This document shows positions 21,655 to 30,376 of a stretch of 64,000 nucleotides of DNA, in pieces. A program made the translations under genes and the position numbers. The DNA lies in NCBI GenBank assembly GCA_963713045.1, contig CAVQKE010000003.1, positions 480,001 to 544,000 of the forward strand. The letters run 5' to 3'. The notes under the pieces are model-generated. The model worked only from the letters and a program-made list of their open reading frames with translations. It did no database searches and was not told the DNA's origin. The DNA comes from an uncultured delta proteobacterium. GTDB taxonomy: Bacteria > Myxococcota > Myxococcia > Myxococcales > Myxococcaceae. Within the stretch, counting starts at the first letter, position 1. Each line of letters starts with the position of its first letter.

Positions 21655-22443
21655 TTAGTGCGACGCTTCGGCGCCGCCGTCTTGCGGCGCCGCGAGGGCG
21701 CTTCGCAGCCGAGCCGTCGCTTCTTCCAGCGCATTCGGGCTTCCGGCGGCCGAAGCGGTGGTGGACACCGTCGCTGCTGCCGGTACGGCGGTTGTCGCCC
21801 GGGCGGCCCGCGTCACCTTCTTCCGCTTCTTCTTCGCCGCCGGGGTGGCTGCTGGCGCGGGCGCTGCGGCAACGGTGGGGGGCAGCGGCGGTCCGGCGGC
21901 GACCGGAAGGTGGGCAACCGGGGGCGGTGGCAAAGGCGCGTCGTCCACCGGCACCAGCATTTCTGGTTCCACCTCCGAATGCAGCGTCAGCCGCTGAGTG
22001 GCCGGCGCGAGTTCATTGGCCTCCACCGTCAGCCGCACGGTGAAGCGCAAGCCGCGACTCGCCCGAAGGGTGACACGCGCCGGAAGCGTCCACTTGGGGC
22101 CCTCCTCCCACGGCAAAGGCCCAAGCGGCTGCCCCCGGTACACCAACTTGGCGCTGACCACGTGGTCGCCGTCGGACACCACGGTGCCCTTCGGCGCCGT
22201 TGCGGCCTCGACCGCGGCCAGAGCGGGGAAAGGTTCCCCGTCGAGACGCACCGTCACCTCCTCCAGCCGGTACCGCTTCGCGTCGGGGCCCACCACCAAA
22301 ACCACCACTTCGGGCGGTGGCACCTTGGCCGTGCTGGCCGCCAGCAGCTGGTCGAGCTCCGCCTCCGGGCTGGGACGGGCCGACGACGGCGCCTCCCCAG
22401 CGCGGAGCACCACCGTCAGCGCCAAGGCCAAAAGAAGCTGCAC
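21655..22443 (-). CDS. Hypothetical secreted protein with Pro/Ala-rich and basic C-terminal region
   Basis: Hydrophobic N-terminus, beta-rich core, PLPPPP linker, KKKRKK patch. Start uncertain (22443-22509). Confidence 0.65.
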   Translation of the reverse strand: MQLLLALALTVVLRAGEAPSSARPSPEAELDQLLAASTAKVPPPEVVVLVVGPDAKRYRLEEVTVRLDGEPFPALAAVEAATAPKGTVVSDGDHVVSAKLVYRGQPLGPLPWEEGPKWTLPARVTLRASRGLRFTVRLTVEANELAPATQRLTLHSEVEPEMLVPVDDAPLPPPPVAHLPVAAGPPLPPTVAAAPAPAATPAAKKKRKKVTRAARATTAVPAAATVSTTASAAGSPNALEEATARLRSALAAPQDGGAEASH

Positions 22444-22557
22444 AGAGTAGAAGAATGCCACGCCGGCCGGCCCAGCGCCCAGAGAGGGCCCGTGGTGCCA
22501 GCGCACCACGACGGCGAGTCAGCGAGCGGGCGAAGACACGCTGGTGACCACTGTGCT

Positions 22558-22950
22558 TCAGGCCTGCGCGGTACCTTGGCCCGGCACTTTTCCTTGCGCG
22601 GCGAGTTCCGCGCGGACCTTCTCCATGTCCACGGCCCGCACCTGTCGGACAATGTCCTGCAGGGCGGCCGGCCCCAGCGCGCCTGGCTGTGAATAGAGAA
22701 GCACGCGCTCGCGAAAAACCATCAGCGTCGGGATGCTTTGGATTTCAAAGGCGCGGGCGAGCTCCGTCTCCTCATCGGTATTCACTTTCCCAAAGGTGAT
22801 GTCTGGGTTTTCTTCCGCCGCCTTTTCGAAGACCGGCGCGAAGTTGCGACAGGGCCCGCACCACGGTGCCCAGAAGTCGAGCAGAACAATGCCCCCCTGC
22901 TCCACTGTTTCACGGAAGTTTTGCCCAGTGACTTGCTTGGCGTTGCCCAT
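22558..22950 (-). CDS. trxA: Thioredoxin
   Basis: DFWAPWCGPC, IQSIPTL; GAGGAGG RBS. Confidence 0.95.
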   Translation of the reverse strand: MGNAKQVTGQNFRETVEQGGIVLLDFWAPWCGPCRNFAPVFEKAAEENPDITFGKVNTDEETELARAFEIQSIPTLMVFRERVLLYSQPGALGPAALQDIVRQVRAVDMEKVRAELAAQGKVPGQGTAQA

Positions 22951-23139
22951 GGAGACCTCCTCGACGGAAAACCCCTGTGGTCAGAGTCTAATGAGCCCGG
23001 CCAGGCGACCAAGCACTCTCCGCCGCAGTGCGTCCTGACCAGACGGAATGACTCACTGCGTAAGGGCCAATGATGGCTTCTATTCCCTTGGAGCGTGCCG
23101 TGAAAGGGCCTACAAGACGCGCATCGATTTTCGAATCAG

Positions 23140-23154
23140 TGGCCTGGCGCTTGC
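23140..23154 (+). promoter_or_regulatory. Candidate sigma54 (-24/-12) promoter of the lipase-fadL pair
   Basis: TGGCCTGGCGCTTGC has the exact spacing of TGGC-N7-TTGC and ends 25 nt before ATG 23180, with a GAGGGG RBS in between. Confidence 0.5.
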
Positions 23155-23179
23155 CCACGGGCGAGCTGAGGGGGTCGCA

Positions 23180-26100
23180 ATGCAGCGTTCACTCTGGCTT
23201 CTCTGTGCGGGCGGTTTCGCGGTGGGGATTGCCTGCGCGCCCAACATTCCCCAAAATCCCCAAACGCCGTACGTCATCATCGAGTTTGACCCAGCGGCGT
23301 CGCCGGCCGTCGTCCCCCAGCCCAACAACCTGGCCATCAACCCGGCCACCGGGCTCATCAGCGTCCCGTCAAGCCCCACCGACACACCGACGACCACCGC
23401 CTTCAACCAAACCTACCTGGACACGCTGGACGGCTTCCCGATGGAGAGCACCGCCAGCGTTGCGACGTCGGGCGACGTCAACATCGCCACCCTTGCCACC
23501 GGCGTGTTGGTGTTGGACATCACCAACCCAGCTGCCCCTGCGCCGGTGCCAGTCACACCCAGCTACGCTTCCGGCGGCGCAGACGCCGGTGGCACCATCC
23601 TCATCCCTCCGCCGGGCGGCCAATGGACGCGGGCGCACACCTACGCGGTGGTTGTCATTGGCGGCAACCAGACGGGAACCTTCGCCGCCCTCAGCGGAGC
23701 CAATGGCGAACTAGTCACTGGCTCGTCCACCTGGGCACTGGTGGCGAGCACGTCCAACTGCAGCACTGCCGCAAGCTGCGGGCCGCCCATTCCGCTGTGC
23801 GTCACCCCGGACGGCGACGCGGGCGGTCCGTCATCGGGTTGTGTCTCCACCACCAGCCTCATCCCGTCGGATGCCGATGCGGCCCAGCTTCAGGCGCTGC
23901 AGACGGGCTATGCGCCGCTGCTGGGCGCGCTCACCCAGGGCTTCAACATCCCCCGGGGCAACGTCGCCATCCTCTTTACCTTCAGCATCACCACCCAGGC
24001 AGAGGTGACGTTCGACCCGGCCAACGCCATTCTCCCCTTCCCCAACGACGCCTTGCGCACCGGCCCCGGCGGCACCGTCAGCCTTCCCATTCCGGCGGGA
24101 ACGCCCGCGGTGCTGGCCCAGCTCATCGGCGGCTTGAATACGCTGGACGGCTTCTCCACCACCGCCACCATCACCACTGCCGCGGACTTTAGCTTTCCCA
24201 ACAATGGCGTCAGCGCGCTGATGCAGGGAAGCCTCGACCCTCAAACCATTACCCCCCCGCTGGCCATTGGGATGGCGAAGGCTGCCGCCTATGCCGGCGC
24301 AGCCAACAGCCAGGGTGCCCTCAACATCTCCTTCTGTCTCAGTGACGTTGGTGCGGGCTGTCCCAGCGTCACGGCCACGCTGCCGGACGGCGGCCCCAAG
24401 CCGGAGATGCTGGGCATTGTGCCTCAAACCCCGCTCGACGAGCTGACTCAGTACGCGGTGTACATGACGAATGCTCTTCATGACACCAGTGGCAAAGCCG
24501 TCATTCCGAGTGCGACCTTCGCCCTGGTGCGGTTGCCCTATGCGACGGCACCGCTTTACGCGAACGGCCACAGTCAGGTGCCGTCGCTCCTCAGCGACAC
24601 CCAAGCCGGAGAACTGGTCCAACTCCAACAAGGCCTCGGTGCCCTGTTTGGAATCCTTGCCAGCCAGGGCATCCCGTACACCAACGTGGTCCAAGCTTGG
24701 GCCTTCAGCACCCAAAGCGAGGTTTCGCAGCTGCAGAAGCTGGCAGCCTTGCCCTACAACCCGGCCGGAGGCGGCTTCCCGGGCAACCCCTTGTGGGTCG
24801 AAGACGTGACCACCGTGGTGAAACCCGTGCTCGGGGCGGAAGGCATCCCCACCACCGACATCAAAACCATCTACGCCGGCGAAATTATCGACCCGTTCGC
24901 CCTGACCAGTCCGGAAGGCACCTTCAATCCCGACGGCGGAGTGAACCCCATCCCCATCCCCTTCATCATGACCGTCCCCACGTCAGCGGCGCCGGTGGCA
25001 GGCTACCCGGTGACGATGTTTGGCCACGGGCTGACCGGCGTGAAGGAAAACGCCTACGCCATCGCCAACTCCCTGGCCACCGGCGGCCAGGTGATGATTG
25101 CCATCGACGAGGTCTGGCACGGCGCGCGCAATACCTGTACCGGCTTCGGTGCTTATGCGGACTCGGCAGCGCCAGGAGGGGGGCCGCTTCCGGACGGCGG
25201 CTTCCCCGACTTCGCGATTTGCACCACCGCGTTAACGGCCGCCACCGAGTGCAACGCGGCCGGCCGGTGCCAGCTGGCTGACCGGACGTCGGTCGCCGCA
25301 TGCGCCTTCGGGACGCCCACCGCCGACCAGACCTGTTTCAACGTCGCCCAGAACGAATGCGCACCGGATGGAAAGTGCGAAGGCTCGGACTTCAACCCAG
25401 CCTACTCGGGTTGGAACATCCTCAATCTGGTCAACCTCTTTGCAACCCGCGACAACTTCCGCGAGCAGGTTATCGACAACTCGCAGTTTGCCCGCGTCGC
25501 GAGTGGCTCGGGAACCGGTAGCCTGTCCGCGCTCACCGTCCCGTTAAACCCAGCGGCCCTGTCCTACTCTGGCCAAAGCTTGGGCGGCATCCTGGGCACG
25601 CTGTACACCTCGGTGGCCTTCAACATCCAGAACGCCGGCCTCAATGTGGCGGGGGCCAATCCCACCAACATTCTGCTCACCTCGCCTGCCTTCGTCCCTC
25701 AATTGGAGGCGTTCAACGCCGGACTGGCCGAGGCTGGCATCGCCACCGACTCACCAACCTACGACCTCTTCATTGACATTGCCCGCTGGATTCTGGACCC
25801 AGCCGACCCGGCCAACGCTGGCTACTACACCATCAATCCGACTGGCATCGCGTCCATCACCGGCGGCAGTAGCATTCCCGCCACGCGGCGCACCTTCATG
25901 CAGTGGATTGTCGGCGACGAGGTGGTGCCCAACCCGACGGAGTTGGAACTGATTCAAGCGGCGTTGCACAACACGACGACCGACGGGACGAAGCAGAATA
26001 CGGGACAGTTCTGGAGCTACCAATTTAATTACACCAACACGCCCTACGCGTTCAGCAACGCCGCCATCCCCTCCTGCACGGCGCCCGGCGGCCCCAGCAA

Positions 26101-26239
26101 CCGACACGCGTTTCTGCTGAGGCCTCCTTCGGCGACGTGCGGCGGCCCGACCGGCGGGGCAGGCAGTCCGGGCGCAATCCTCACTGGCGAGGCGCAGCTG
26201 CAGCTGGTCAGCTTCATCGCGGGCGCTCCTCCGTTCTGA
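23180..26239 (+). CDS. Large lipoprotein lipase/phospholipase (Pla-1/VolA-like alpha/beta hydrolase with N-terminal Ig-like regions)
   Basis: Lipobox GIAC; repeated P(F/Q)PN and LNTLDGFS/LDTLDGFP segments; FGHGL; RDNFREQ; nucleophile GQSLG (about 25571); GDEVVPN; late His (RHAFLL). Confidence 0.8.
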   Translation: MQRSLWLLCAGGFAVGIACAPNIPQNPQTPYVIIEFDPAASPAVVPQPNNLAINPATGLISVPSSPTDTPTTTAFNQTYLDTLDGFPMESTASVATSGDVNIATLATGVLVLDITNPAAPAPVPVTPSYASGGADAGGTILIPPPGGQWTRAHTYAVVVIGGNQTGTFAALSGANGELVTGSSTWALVASTSNCSTAASCGPPIPLCVTPDGDAGGPSSGCVSTTSLIPSDADAAQLQALQTGYAPLLGALTQGFNIPRGNVAILFTFSITTQAEVTFDPANAILPFPNDALRTGPGGTVSLPIPAGTPAVLAQLIGGLNTLDGFSTTATITTAADFSFPNNGVSALMQGSLDPQTITPPLAIGMAKAAAYAGAANSQGALNISFCLSDVGAGCPSVTATLPDGGPKPEMLGIVPQTPLDELTQYAVYMTNALHDTSGKAVIPSATFALVRLPYATAPLYANGHSQVPSLLSDTQAGELVQLQQGLGALFGILASQGIPYTNVVQAWAFSTQSEVSQLQKLAALPYNPAGGGFPGNPLWVEDVTTVVKPVLGAEGIPTTDIKTIYAGEIIDPFALTSPEGTFNPDGGVNPIPIPFIMTVPTSAAPVAGYPVTMFGHGLTGVKENAYAIANSLATGGQVMIAIDEVWHGARNTCTGFGAYADSAAPGGGPLPDGGFPDFAICTTALTAATECNAAGRCQLADRTSVAACAFGTPTADQTCFNVAQNECAPDGKCEGSDFNPAYSGWNILNLVNLFATRDNFREQVIDNSQFARVASGSGTGSLSALTVPLNPAALSYSGQSLGGILGTLYTSVAFNIQNAGLNVAGANPTNILLTSPAFVPQLEAFNAGLAEAGIATDSPTYDLFIDIARWILDPADPANAGYYTINPTGIASITGGSSIPATRRTFMQWIVGDEVVPNPTELELIQAALHNTTTDGTKQNTGQFWSYQFNYTNTPYAFSNAAIPSCTAPGGPSNRHAFLLRPPSATCGGPTGGAGSPGAILTGEAQLQLVSFIAGAPPF

Positions 26240-26268
26240 GAGACCTCCCCATGGAAAGGCACACGCAC

Positions 26269-27509
26269 ATGAAGACGCTCATGTCAGCAGTGGCGGTCCT
26301 GGCCGTGGTGGTCGCCAGCGAAGCGAATGCGGCCGGCATTGCCGTCGACCTGAACTCCGCTCGCGCCGTGGGAATGGCAGGCTCCGTCGCCGGCTTCATC
26401 GATGACGCCTCTGCCATCTATTACAACCCGGCCGGCATCGCCCAAGGTCAAGGCATCGACAACATGGTCGGCATCACCATCATCGTCCCGGTGTTCTCAA
26501 ACACCGCGGCCAACGGGGTGCAGACGAATGCCACCCCGACGCCCATCACTCCGCCCTTCCTCTACCTCACCTACGGCATCTCGGACGAAGTCACGGTCGG
26601 CATCGGGGTCTTCACCCCCTACGGACTGTCCCTGGACTATCCGGATGGCTGGCCGGGCCGCTTCATCGTGACCAGCGTTAGTGAGAAAATCTTCGACATC
26701 AACCCCACGGTGGCCTTTCACTTCGGGCCGGTCCGATTCGGCGGCGGCGTCCAAATTGCGTACGCCACGGTCGAGCTGCAAAACAACATCAACCTGTTGA
26801 CCAGCAACCCCAGCGTCTACACCCCGCCCGCGCCCGCTTCGGACCTCGGCGCCTCCACCTGGGGCTTCGGCGGCAACGTCGGCGTGCAGGTCGACATCAT
26901 CGAGAAAACGCTACAAATCGGCGCCGCCTACCGGAGCCGCGTGTCCTACAACTTCGGGGGTCCGGCGCATTTCAGCAACATTCCCCGGCCTTCCAGAGCC
27001 AGATTTTCGACCAGACCGCCACCACCAGCTTCACCACCCCGGACTCCATTGTCCTGGGCGTGGGCTACAAGCCGCTGTCTTGCCTCACCCTCGACGCCGA
27101 CCTCACCTACTTCGGCTGGCAGGTGTTTCAGGACATCGCCATCAACTTCGCGAAGACGCCGTCGCTCAATACCTACGAGTTGAAGGCCTGGCACCACACC
27201 TACAACATCCGCGTCGGGGCCGAGTGGGTCATCGACGAGCACTGGGCGCTGCGTGGCGGCATCATGTACGACCCGACACCGAGCCCCACTTCCACCTTGC
27301 AGCCAGACGTCCCGGACTCCTCCCGCATTAACTTTGCCGCCGGCTTCGGCTGGCGGGCTGGGGCTTTCCACGTCGACTTCGGCGCGCAGTGGATTTACTT
27401 CTTCCCCACCACCAGCGGCGAAGTCAGCACCTCGCTTCCGCTGTACAACCCGGCGTCCTACAGCGCGAACGCTTTCGTCGGGACACTGGCCTTCGAGATT
27501 AAAATCTAG
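26269..27509 (+). CDS. fadL: OmpP1/FadL-family outer-membrane long-chain fatty acid transporter, frameshift near 26985
   Basis: ARAVGMAG, DDASAIYYNPAG, FTPYGL, INPTVA. The C-terminal half (LRGGIMYDPTP, PDSSR) continues in the -1 frame after a C-run at 26983-26986. Confidence 0.88.
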
Positions 27510-27544
27510 CCGCGTCGCACGCCTTGGGCATTACAGAGGGAGCC

Positions 27545-27736
27545 GTGGGCACAGCGCCTCCGGCTCCCTTGCCATTTCCGGACAGTCTGTGCCACCGCTG
27601 CGCAGCGCCTCCGCGCTACCTGCAGGGCAAAAACAGCGTCTTCATTTTTTGCCCGCTTCTGCCCAACAAATACCCCCCACAACCGGTCCATTCCTGCCCC
27701 TGCTTCCGGCCCCGGGGCGTGGGCGACTGTCCTTAG
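27545..27736 (+). CDS. Small Cys-rich hypothetical protein
   Basis: SLCHRC...FIFCPLLPNKYPPQPVHSCPCF; GAGGG upstream; fills the gap between fadL and a convergent gene. Alternative start 27524. Confidence 0.6.
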   Translation: MGTAPPAPLPFPDSLCHRCAAPPRYLQGKNSVFIFCPLLPNKYPPQPVHSCPCFRPRGVGDCP

Positions 27737-27758
27737 CTGCCAGGGCGCGCGGGGCCGC

Positions 27759-28592
27759 CTACGGCGCCCCAGCGTCGAGGGTCAACAGCGCCAGCCCGTG
27801 GGACTCCCGCAACATTTCCTCCACCGTCACCAGCTGGTAGCCCCGCGCGCGCAGCCCCTGGATGATGGCTGGCAGGGCCTCCGAGGTGTGGAACTTCAGG
27901 TGGTTGATGTGCATCACCACAATGCTTCCGGGCTGCACTTTCTTCAGGACCCACTCCACCAGCTTCTCTTTGGTGGCGTGCTGGTCCGGGTCCCCGGAGG
28001 CCAGGTCGTATTCAATGGTGGTCAGCCCGAGTTGGGCAGCGAGGTTGACGATGCGCGCGTCATATTCCCCGTAGGGCGGCCGCCACAGCAGCGGCGTCCG
28101 GCCGGTGAGGGCCAGGACCTCGGCTTGCGTCCGAAGCAGCTCCTGGCGGACCCGGGCGTCGTCTTTGACGGCGGGCATGTGGGGATGGGTGTAGGTGTGG
28201 TTTTCCAATTCGAAGAGGTCCGGGTGTTTGGCCAACTCGCGCACGTGGGCGGACTCCTCTTTGGCCCAGCTACCGCCGAGAAAAATGGTGGCCGGCGCGT
28301 TGTTGGCCAGCAGCTCCCGGGTGATGCGCTCGTCGTACTGACTGACGTCCCGGGTGCTGCACGCATCGAAGGTGAGGGCCACGGCGCGCACACTGCGAGG
28401 TCCGTGCGCCACCACTTCCGGGGCCACCGCCGGCAGCAGCGGAGGCTCCAGCGGCGGCGGGTGGGAGAGGTCAGCTTCGGCCTTGGCAGCGGCCTCCGGC
28501 GTCTCGTGCCCAGTCGGCCCCGGGGCTAGCGCGGGCTTGGCGCAGCTGGCCAGGGCAAGGAGGGTCGCGAGGACGATGGGCGTTCGGTCCAT
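27759..28592 (-). CDS. Polysaccharide deacetylase (NodB/CE4) lipoprotein
   Basis: Lipobox LASC; VALTFDA, ENHTYTHP, WRPPYGE, GSIVVMH. Confidence 0.9.
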   Translation of the reverse strand: MDRTPIVLATLLALASCAKPALAPGPTGHETPEAAAKAEADLSHPPPLEPPLLPAVAPEVVAHGPRSVRAVALTFDACSTRDVSQYDERITRELLANNAPATIFLGGSWAKEESAHVRELAKHPDLFELENHTYTHPHMPAVKDDARVRQELLRTQAEVLALTGRTPLLWRPPYGEYDARIVNLAAQLGLTTIEYDLASGDPDQHATKEKLVEWVLKKVQPGSIVVMHINHLKFHTSEALPAIIQGLRARGYQLVTVEEMLRESHGLALLTLDAGAP

Positions 28593-28613
28593 GGGGCCCT
28601 CTTCGGTGGGTCG

Positions 28614-29381
28614 CTAGTTGCGCCGAAACATGAAGCGAAGCGCGGCCGGCAGCCGCCGCCGCCAGGCTCTCTCGTTGTGCTGGCCACGCGGGTCGGCCCG
28701 AAATTTGAGTTGCTTTGCCGAGTAGTGTTTTGCCTTCAGCACCACGTCCATCTGCCGAACCAGCGGCAACATGCGGCCGCCGGCTTCCTTGGCGCCGCAG
28801 TCCAGATAAATGCGCGACACCGCCGGGGGCTGAAACGCCGCGGCGTCCTTGAAAATGGCCCGGTTGGCGGGCCAGAGAGAGGGGGAGATGGCGAGCGCGC
28901 CCCCGAAGGTGTCGACATGGTGGAAGTGGGCCCACAGGGCGGCCAAGCCGCCGAGAGAGGAGCCGCCCACCACTGCGCCCAGCGCGCCCGGCAGAGTGCC
29001 GTAGCGCGTCTGGGCTTCGGGGACCACCGTGGAGACAACCCAGGCGAGAAATGAGGCCAGGTGGCCACCGCCGTGAGGCGTCTTCCACGGCACCAACTCG
29101 TCGAAGCGCTGGTCTCCGCCGTGGGGGATGCCCACCACCACCGGCACGTTGCAGGTGCCGCGGGGAAGCGCGTCCACAGCCTGGTGGGCGTACCAGCCGC
29201 CGGCAAAGCTGAAGGTGTCGTCGAAGACGTTTTGTCCGTCGAAGAGGAAGAGGGTTGGACGGGTGCCGTCGGCAATGTGGTCGGCAGGCACGTAGGCTGT
29301 CACCACCCGCCTTGAAAAGCCTGGTGGGTGCCAGCTTCCCAGCGTCTCGAAACGGCCCGGAGGCGGAGGGGTGCGCTTCAT
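28614..29381 (-). CDS. Alpha/beta hydrolase esterase (Fes/IroE-like)
   Basis: FDGQNVF, GGSSLGG nucleophile, IYLDCG, HNERAW. Confidence 0.85.
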   Translation of the reverse strand: MKRTPPPPGRFETLGSWHPPGFSRRVVTAYVPADHIADGTRPTLFLFDGQNVFDDTFSFAGGWYAHQAVDALPRGTCNVPVVVGIPHGGDQRFDELVPWKTPHGGGHLASFLAWVVSTVVPEAQTRYGTLPGALGAVVGGSSLGGLAALWAHFHHVDTFGGALAISPSLWPANRAIFKDAAAFQPPAVSRIYLDCGAKEAGGRMLPLVRQMDVVLKAKHYSAKQLKFRADPRGQHNERAWRRRLPAALRFMFRRN

Positions 29382-29527
29382 CCTTTTGTCGTTGGGCGAG
29401 GCGCAGTGGTGCACAGCGCGCAGTCAACCAAACCCCTGGTGTCCATGTATGGCCCCGGGGCGCCTCCCCGCGTCCCAACTCGCCCGTGGCTGGAGGCTAC
29501 CCCAAGAGTTGGTTTAGACAGCAGCCC

Positions 29528-30199
29528 ATGCCAAGGGCCGCCCTGTGGTGCCTGCTGTTGCCGGCCGTGGCCTGCGCTCAACAGACGCCGGCCCCGGTGC
29601 AAAAAACCGCCGAAAACTACCTCAACGCCCTCAGCGCGACCGCCGATGACGCCGGCCGCGCACTCCTCCTCGGAGGGGTGACACTGGATGCGCGTCTCAC
29701 CTCGGTGGACAGCTGGCGGATTGTCAGCCGGGACTACGCGAAGCAAGAGACGGGAACGCTGAAGACGGCGTCGACCCTAATGGCGGACCTCGACAAGGCC
29801 GGCCGCCGCTCGCTGGCGGAATTGCTGAAGAAGACCTCCCCGCCTGGCGGGGACGACGTGGCGGTGGTCGAGCTGACGAAGGACGAGGCAACGCACCTGC
29901 TGGCGCCGACGCGAGAGAGGACGGAGACTTTTAAGAAGACGCTGCCCCTTTTGGCCTACGTGGCCCGGGTCGGCCGGGAAGTGTATTGGCACCCCAAAAA
30001 CCCCATTCGGCCGCTGCTGCAGCAGGCCGGCACAGACGGCAGCTACACGTTGGACGTCTACCACTTCACCGTGGAAACCACGGATGGCCCACGTCAGGAG
30101 TCCCGCCGGTGGCCGTTGCGCATTGTGCGGATGACGACCAGCGCTGGGCTGGACACCGGCTGGAAGGTGCTGCCCGCCTCGGACTGGAGTCCGGAGTGA
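29528..30199 (+). CDS. Hypothetical secreted protein
   Basis: Signal/lipoprotein-like N-terminus MPRAALWCLLLPAVAC; coding-like codon usage. Confidence 0.7.
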   Translation: MPRAALWCLLLPAVACAQQTPAPVQKTAENYLNALSATADDAGRALLLGGVTLDARLTSVDSWRIVSRDYAKQETGTLKTASTLMADLDKAGRRSLAELLKKTSPPGGDDVAVVELTKDEATHLLAPTRERTETFKKTLPLLAYVARVGREVYWHPKNPIRPLLQQAGTDGSYTLDVYHFTVETTDGPRQESRRWPLRIVRMTTSAGLDTGWKVLPASDWSPE

Positions 30200-30258
30200 G
30201 GCCGGCACGGGCGCCAAGCCATGCGGTCCGGGACTGCCCTCCCCTGCCGAGGGGCTTG

Positions 30259-30274
30259 TTGACTTCCAAGTCAA
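30259..30274. promoter_or_regulatory. Inverted repeat TTGACTT-CC-AAGTCAA, candidate operator upstream of fadN-fadA
   Basis: Perfect 7-bp AT-rich arms in a GC-rich intergenic region; the left arm contains TTGACT, a -35-like hexamer. Confidence 0.5.
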
Positions 30275-30376
30275 TCGCGTAGGGTGCGCCGGCAGGCGGC
30301 CTTCCCGATGAGGGAAGCGGAAGGTCACCTCTGGCGGCTGCGGCATTAGAAGTCTTCTCTGCCTCTGGAGTGGCAC

